NCBI GenBank assembly: GCA_023145965.1
Contig: JAGLDC010000029.1
Span: forward strand, 3,272-67,271
From: a bacterium
GTDB lineage: Bacteria; UBP14; UBA6098
Direction of reading: 5' to 3'
DNA length: 64,000 bases
This document shows positions 58,636 to 64,000 of the stretch, one piece after another. Positions within the stretch are counted from its first letter, which is position 1; every line of letters starts with the position of its first letter. A model generated the notes under the pieces. It worked only from the letters and a program-made list of their open reading frames with translations. It was not told where the DNA came from and made no database searches. The position numbers and the translations under genes are program-made.

Positions 58636-60948
58636 TTAGTTCAAACCAAGTATTCCGAATACTTCATCTATGCAAGTCACTGGTTTAATATCGAGGCCTG
58701 CCTTAATTTCATCTGAGATATCGGGGAGTTCCGGGAAGTTTTCTTTTGGAATAATAACGCGCTTGAGTTCCAACCTTTTTGCCGCAACGAGTTTTTCAAC
58801 AAGCCCGCCTATGCGAAGCACTCTTCCTGTAAGTGTGATCTCACCAGTCATTGCAGTGTCGCTTCGTATCGCTTTGTTGAGGAATAATGAAAATAAAGCG
58901 CTTGCGATACATATACCGGCAGAAGGGCCATCCTTTGGAACTGCGCCTTCAGGAACATGGATATGTATAGTTTTATGTGCAATCTTCTCTTTCTCAAATC
59001 CAATAGTGACTAATCTCTTTTTCACAAAGGTCAATGCTGTTTTAGCGGACTCCTTCATAACATCCCCGAGTCTGCCTGTTAGAACAAGTTCCTCTTCGCC
59101 TTCGATCATTGCTGTTTCAAAGCGAAGAACCTCTCCTCCATAGGATGTCCACGCCAAACCAAGAGCCTCACCTGGAGATAATACATCTGGCAAATTCGAA
59201 CCCCTGAATGGCGCTATTCCTACATATTTTATAAGATCTTTTGCCGATATGTCAATACGCGTCGGTCTCCGCTTTTTTTTGACTATCTTCGAGGCAATAA
59301 CCCGCATTATCTTGCCGAGTTTGCGTTCGAGTCCTCGGACACCGGCTTCTTGAGTCCAGCCACGGACAAGCATTCTTATAGAATCGCTAGTAAACCGTAT
59401 CTGCACCTTGTCGAGACCATTTTCGATCCTGAGCTTTGGTATTAAGAATCCCTTTGCAATGGATTTTTTCTCCGTGATCAGGTACCCCGGTATTCTGACT
59501 ATTTCCATTCTATCAATAAGTGCTGGTGGTATCCCGGCAGTTGTGTTTGCGGTTGTGATAAAAAGAACCTTAGAAAGGTCGAATTCCACTTCGAGATAGT
59601 GATCCACAAATGTGGAGTTTTGTTCGGGATCGAGAGCTTCCAGAAGAGCTGAGGCCGGATCTCCACGGAAATCTGTTCCGAGCTTGTCTATCTCGTCTAA
59701 AAGGAATACTGGATTCGAGCTTCCAGCTACCTTCAATTGTTGTATTATTCTTCCGGGGAGCGAACCTACATATGTTTTTCTATGGCCTCTTATCTCAGCC
59801 TCGTCGCGAACCCCCCCGAGTGACACTCTAACAAACTTACGTCCTAGAGCGCGGGCAATGCTTTTTCCAAGGGATGTTTTACCGACACCGGGCGGCCCAA
59901 CAAGACACAAAATCGGACCTTTAACCGCTGAAGAAAGCGCCATCACTGCGATATGTTCGGTGATTCGCTCTTTAATTTCGTCGAGCCCAAAATGATCATC
60001 GTCGAGTATTTTCCTAGCCCTATCGATATCAGTATTATCTTCAGTAAACTCGCCCCAAGGCAAGGCCATTATCCAATCTATATAGTTTCTTGTCACCGCA
60101 GATTCTGGGCTTGAAGGATGCATCCGCTCAAGGCGTTCAAATTCTTCCTCGAGTCTTTGCATTATATCTGGTTTTAGATTTTTTAATTTAGCCTTCTTCC
60201 GCAAGGCTGCTATCTCCGGGTCCAAATCAGAACCTAGTTCCTTCCGAATTGTCTCAAGTTGTTCTCGAAGATAATATTCTCGCTGGCTGTCGGATATTCT
60301 ATTACTAACTGTTTTATCGATATCTGCCTGCAAACGAAGAATCTCTACCTCTCTGCTAAGATGGGCAAGAATATTTCCAAGTCTATCTTCGGGGGAAAAA
60401 CACTCCAACAACTTTTGCTTCGCAGCGAGCGGCATTGATATATGCGCGGCTATTATATCCGCTAATGTTCCAGGATTTTCGATATATGATTCGATAGTAC
60501 CGACTATCTCGGGAGGAACGCTCTCCTCCATTTGCGAATAAACATTAAATCGCTCGAGGGTTTTTCTTGCAAGAGCTTCTGCTCTAGGGCTTGCTTTCTC
60601 GCTTTGATCCTTAACAATCTCGAAAACAGCCTCCATATAATCTCTGCCAAAAAAGAAGCGCTTTATTTCAGCTCGTGATTCACCCTCTATGAGAACTTTC
60701 ATTGTTCCCTCTGGAAGCCTTAGAAGCTGTATAACTTTAGCTACTGTCCCTATTCGATATAGATCATTTGCTCGGACTTCCTCGTTGGCAGAATCCTTTT
60801 GAGCCACAACAATCACCTTACGTTCGGTGATCATAGCCTCTTGAACAGCCGAAAGGCTTCTTGCGCGGCCCACTAGAATTGGAGTAATAACCTCGGGGAA
60901 AACTACAATTTCTCGGAGTGGTATTATTGGTAGGCGATTTTCCTTCAT
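58636..60948 (-). CDS. lon: ATP-dependent protease Lon
   Basis: LON N-domain (LPIIPLREIVVFP), AAA+ module GPPGVGKTS, and protease motif PKDGPSAGI with the catalytic Ser. Confidence 0.95.
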   Translation of the reverse strand: MKENRLPIIPLREIVVFPEVITPILVGRARSLSAVQEAMITERKVIVVAQKDSANEEVRANDLYRIGTVAKVIQLLRLPEGTMKVLIEGESRAEIKRFFFGRDYMEAVFEIVKDQSEKASPRAEALARKTLERFNVYSQMEESVPPEIVGTIESYIENPGTLADIIAAHISMPLAAKQKLLECFSPEDRLGNILAHLSREVEILRLQADIDKTVSNRISDSQREYYLREQLETIRKELGSDLDPEIAALRKKAKLKNLKPDIMQRLEEEFERLERMHPSSPESAVTRNYIDWIMALPWGEFTEDNTDIDRARKILDDDHFGLDEIKERITEHIAVMALSSAVKGPILCLVGPPGVGKTSLGKSIARALGRKFVRVSLGGVRDEAEIRGHRKTYVGSLPGRIIQQLKVAGSSNPVFLLDEIDKLGTDFRGDPASALLEALDPEQNSTFVDHYLEVEFDLSKVLFITTANTTAGIPPALIDRMEIVRIPGYLITEKKSIAKGFLIPKLRIENGLDKVQIRFTSDSIRMLVRGWTQEAGVRGLERKLGKIMRVIASKIVKKKRRPTRIDISAKDLIKYVGIAPFRGSNLPDVLSPGEALGLAWTSYGGEVLRFETAMIEGEEELVLTGRLGDVMKESAKTALTFVKKRLVTIGFEKEKIAHKTIHIHVPEGAVPKDGPSAGICIASALFSLFLNKAIRSDTAMTGEITLTGRVLRIGGLVEKLVAAKRLELKRVIIPKENFPELPDISDEIKAGLDIKPVTCIDEVFGILGLN

Positions 60949-61421
60949 ATTTAAACCTTAATCAGTAAGTTTAATAATGCTTTTATCGATTGTCAAACTA
61001 TATTTATCCACAAAATATAGTTTTTCTCTAAGTTGTTGATAATTAAGGGGTGTGTTTGAAATAAATTTTTTATGGGTGTAAATCCCTAAAATCCTGTAAT
61101 TCAATATTAATTAAGATTTTATCTAAAACTTGTATTAAAATTCAATTTGTCCCTTGACATCAGACAATACAGCTTTTATTTTTAATCTGTAATCGGTTTG
61201 CGGGTTTTTTCCGATCAATTTGTTTTAAAAACACGATAAATGCCTATGATTAAGCATTTTGAGAGCGATAATTAAGAATATGCGCTTAAGCGCTTTATTA
61301 GGAAGCTTGGTTTTTAAAAACTGTGGATAAATACCTTTTTTTATCATTAAATAAAAATAAAGTAAAAATTAATTATTTATCAACATTAATTATGTTGATA
61401 AAATGAGGATATCTCTTTAAA
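60949..61421. other. Putative chromosomal replication origin (oriC) segment upstream of dnaA with DnaA boxes
   Basis: Perfect TTATCCACA at 61004-61012 and TGTGGATAA at 61322-61330. One-mismatch inverted pair TTATCAACA-ttaatta-TGTTGATAA at 61377-61401. AT-rich. Gene order lon-dnaA-dnaN. Confidence 0.65.
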
Positions 61422-62771
61422 ATGGCTAATAATAATAAAGAACTTTGGGATGTTTGCTTAACAGAATTTAGATCTAAAATTAATAGACAAAGCTATGCTA
61501 CATGGTTTGAAGATACTGAAGGTTTATCTGCAGAGGGCCAAAACCTTGTGGTCAAGATTCGCGATCAATTTACTGCAGATTGGCTAGAGCAACATCACCT
61601 CGAGATGATTTTCGATGTTATAGTAAGATCTATAGGAGAATCTTATCGACTTACTTTTGCAGTACCCCATGGAGATGGTTCTTATTCTTATTCTGTCCCA
61701 GAATTGCATAAATATAAGCGATATGATTCTGATACAGCCTCAGAAGACCGCCATTTAAATTCAAAATATTCCTTCGATTCTTTTATTGTTGGAGACTTTA
61801 ATAGATTTGCACACGCTGCAGCTCTTGCGGTTGCAGAGGCACCTGGTAAAAGTAAGTATTCTCCGTTGTTTATTTATGGTGGTACCGGACTCGGAAAAAC
61901 TCATCTTATTCAGGCAATAGGTCATTTCATTAAAGAGGAAAATCCGCACACAAAGGTTATCTATGTGACCAGCGAACGATTCACAAACGAATTTATTGGA
62001 AGCTTAATATCAAAAACAACCGCCGAGTTTAACAGGGTTTATCGTAACGTAGATGTTCTTCTTGTGGACGATGTTCACTTCTTCTCTGGAAAAGAATCTA
62101 TTCAAAGTGAATTCTTCCATATATTTAACTCTCTTCATCAAAAGGGTAAACAGATTGTCCTTACAAGCGATGTTGCGCCTTCGACAATCACTGGCCTCGA
62201 AGAAAGGCTTCTTTCGAGACTAAAGTGGGGCTTGGTAGTCGATATTCAACCACCCGATCTCGAGGGTAGAATGGCTATATTACGCCGAAAAGCAGAGTTC
62301 GATGGCATTGCCCTTAATGAGGATGTTCTAGTATATATCGCTGAAAATATTGTATCTAATGTCAGAGAGCTCGAAGGCACCCTCATTCGCCTTTTAGCAT
62401 ATGCTTCTATAACCGGTTGCGATATCGATATTAGCGTTGCTCGGGAGGTTATCAGCCACTATCACAACGGCTCAAATAATAAAAAAATCGGGCCTTCAGA
62501 GATATGTCGCGAGGTTGCCTCGGTTTTTGGTGTTGCAGAAAAAAATCTCTTGAACGCTCGGAGAACTCAACCTTTAGCGCTCGCTCGCCAAGTTGCAATG
62601 TATCTCTGCCGAGAACTAACTGACAATTCTCTGAAGACAATAGGTCTTTATTTTGGTGGAAGGGATCACTCAACAGTTATTCACGCAGTTAACTGTGTCC
62701 GCGACAGAATAAGGTTAGACTCTATTTTGGCTGATAAAGTAGCGAAAGTCCGCGCTGATTTACATCTTTAA
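61422..62771 (+). CDS. dnaA: Chromosomal replication initiator protein DnaA
   Basis: AAA+ Walker A GGTGLGKTHL and C-terminal DNA-binding domain (ARQVAMYL...HSTV). Confidence 0.95.
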   Translation: MANNNKELWDVCLTEFRSKINRQSYATWFEDTEGLSAEGQNLVVKIRDQFTADWLEQHHLEMIFDVIVRSIGESYRLTFAVPHGDGSYSYSVPELHKYKRYDSDTASEDRHLNSKYSFDSFIVGDFNRFAHAAALAVAEAPGKSKYSPLFIYGGTGLGKTHLIQAIGHFIKEENPHTKVIYVTSERFTNEFIGSLISKTTAEFNRVYRNVDVLLVDDVHFFSGKESIQSEFFHIFNSLHQKGKQIVLTSDVAPSTITGLEERLLSRLKWGLVVDIQPPDLEGRMAILRRKAEFDGIALNEDVLVYIAENIVSNVRELEGTLIRLLAYASITGCDIDISVAREVISHYHNGSNNKKIGPSEICREVASVFGVAEKNLLNARRTQPLALARQVAMYLCRELTDNSLKTIGLYFGGRDHSTVIHAVNCVRDRIRLDSILADKVAKVRADLHL

Positions 62772-62802
62772 GCAACTATATATTTCCCGGTCGGTATATT
62801 TA

Positions 62803-62845
62803 AGACGCCTCTTTTTTATAAGATGGCGTCTCTTTTTTACTTTTT
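62803..62845 (+). terminator. Rho-independent terminator after dnaA
   Basis: AGACGCC-15nt-GGCGTCT hairpin followed by CTTTTTTACTTTTTT. Confidence 0.6.
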
Positions 62846-63221
62846 TACTTTTTTTATCTACATTTTCTGTTTATAAGATGTTGAGTTCTTGTTCCTTTTT
62901 TTGTGAATATCTAGGGTTCTATAAACAAAGTTTTTTTTATGTTTAAAACAACCTTTTTTAGACATCTTATAAATATTATTTCTGTTGATAACTTTTTTTT
63001 CTACTTTATTGTCTTTTATGTGGTTACGTCATTTTTTTTTACTTTTCAACAGAACTAACACCCTTATTATTATTATTATATCTTTATTATAATTACTATT
63101 TTAATAGAGAATAAATAAAATTCATATCTCATCCTGTTGTATGTCCTTTTAACTTGATTTTGTATCAGTAAATATTAAATTGGAATGAATATATATAATA
63201 TCTGCAAAATAAGGAGAAACG
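62846..63221. other. AT-rich dnaA-dnaN spacer, candidate DNA unwinding element / second oriC segment
   Basis: Well over 75% A+T, long T tracts, and one near-DnaA box TGTTGATAA at 62983-62991. Confidence 0.45.
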
Positions 63222-64000
63222 GTGGAATTTACATGTGAACGCGGAGACATATTTGACACACTAAATGCCGTTCAATCGGTAATACCCGGTCGTTCGACTC
63301 ATCCGGTTTTGTCGAATGTTCTTTTTGGAGCAGAAAAAGGGAAGGTCTCTATTCTTGGAACAGACCTTGATGTTTCAATGATAGGGGAATTTCCGGCCCA
63401 GATAATTAGTGAGGGGTTTTATGCGTTACCAGCAAAGAAATTATTAGAATTACTAAAAGAATTCGGACCCGGAGAGCTTAAGATACGTAGAGATAAATCG
63501 AGGGTCGAGATATCACAGGGTTCGGGAAGATTTTTTATTGGCGGAGTTGAAAAGGAAGACTACCCAGCAGAAGATATAATGCGTGGAGAACAGACAGAGA
63601 TTAGATTCTCTGCTGAGGATTTTAAGAGATTCCTTTCTGGAACGTCTTATGCTATTTCTGTTGATATAGCAAGGATAGCCCTTTCTGGACTTCTTTTTGA
63701 GATAACTGGGAGTGAAGTAACTTCGGTTGCTACAGATGGCCATCGCCTTACGATGCTCAAAAAGAAGATGAATATCAAGGAGGAAGAAAAAAAGGAGCTT
63801 AACCTACCTGCGAAGACCGTTACTCATTTAAACAGGATGATAACGGATGCTGAAGAAGATGTGGTTATTAAATATGGAGAAGGCACGGCGCGAATTATAT
63901 TTGGTGGGTTCACACTGACAACGAAGCTTATAAATGAGCGATTTCCGGATTATAATCAGGTGATACCAAAGGATAATAAGAGCGTAATGATATGTGATAG
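63222..64000 (+). CDS. dnaN: DNA polymerase III beta sliding clamp (5' part; continues beyond window)
   Basis: GTG start after an AAGGAG RBS. VEFTCERGDIFDTLNAVQSVIPGRSTHPVLSNVLF is the typical DnaN N-terminus. Confidence 0.9.
   Translation, partial: MEFTCERGDIFDTLNAVQSVIPGRSTHPVLSNVLFGAEKGKVSILGTDLDVSMIGEFPAQIISEGFYALPAKKLLELLKEFGPGELKIRRDKSRVEISQGSGRFFIGGVEKEDYPAEDIMRGEQTEIRFSAEDFKRFLSGTSYAISVDIARIALSGLLFEITGSEVTSVATDGHRLTMLKKKMNIKEEEKKELNLPAKTVTHLNRMITDAEEDVVIKYGEGTARIIFGGFTLTTKLINERFPDYNQVIPKDNKSVMICD

Noticed and set aside
1-64000. CRISPR arrays, tRNA, rRNA, transposases/integrases
   Set aside because: Scanned intergenic spacers (all >100 nt) for tRNA T-loop-like GTTCRANYC plus acceptor pairing, for regularly spaced direct repeats, and for DDE/tyrosine-recombinase motifs in the ORF track. 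None were found.

Overview
This 64-kb window is a chromosomal segment from a Gram-negative bacterium that I place, by inference, in the FCB superphylum. The evidence is two proteins carrying T9SS-type C-terminal sorting domains and SprB-like repeats, combined with strong Shine-Dalgarno usage. The window includes the replication origin, in the order lon, oriC with DnaA boxes, dnaA, an AT-rich unwinding region, then dnaN. Most of the rest is housekeeping: smc, coaX, mnmG-rsmG, pgsA, ptsH, dprA, obg, cdaA, folP, ftsH, a dksA-like gene, ileS, tilS, hpt, ftsK, pilT, pgpA, cinA, thpR, recA, lon, dnaA and dnaN. Four things stand out. First, a 9.3-kb gene encodes a 3106-aa secreted vWA, SprB-repeat and Ig-domain adhesin with an internal ~480-aa tandem duplication and elevated GC. 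Second, an AT-rich islet next to it holds a 388-aa protein with a DprA/SLOG-like Rossmann domain and an Rx4H (HEPN-like) motif. Third, immediately downstream of rex and a strong sigma70 promoter lies a 14-gene group-4 [NiFe] hydrogenase locus. It has an AsrAB/HydBG-like NAD(P)H module and an Fdh/NuoG-like subunit in front of an Mbh/Mrp-type membrane arm, and is followed by hycI-hypA-hypB. Fourth, a ~100-130-nt intergenic repeat family occurs three times (copies at 21.6, 29.2 and 49.2 kb), and a 16-bp inverted repeat TGTTTCA-ca-TGAAACA occurs twice, flanking mnmG. I found no rRNA, tRNA, CRISPR array or transposase.
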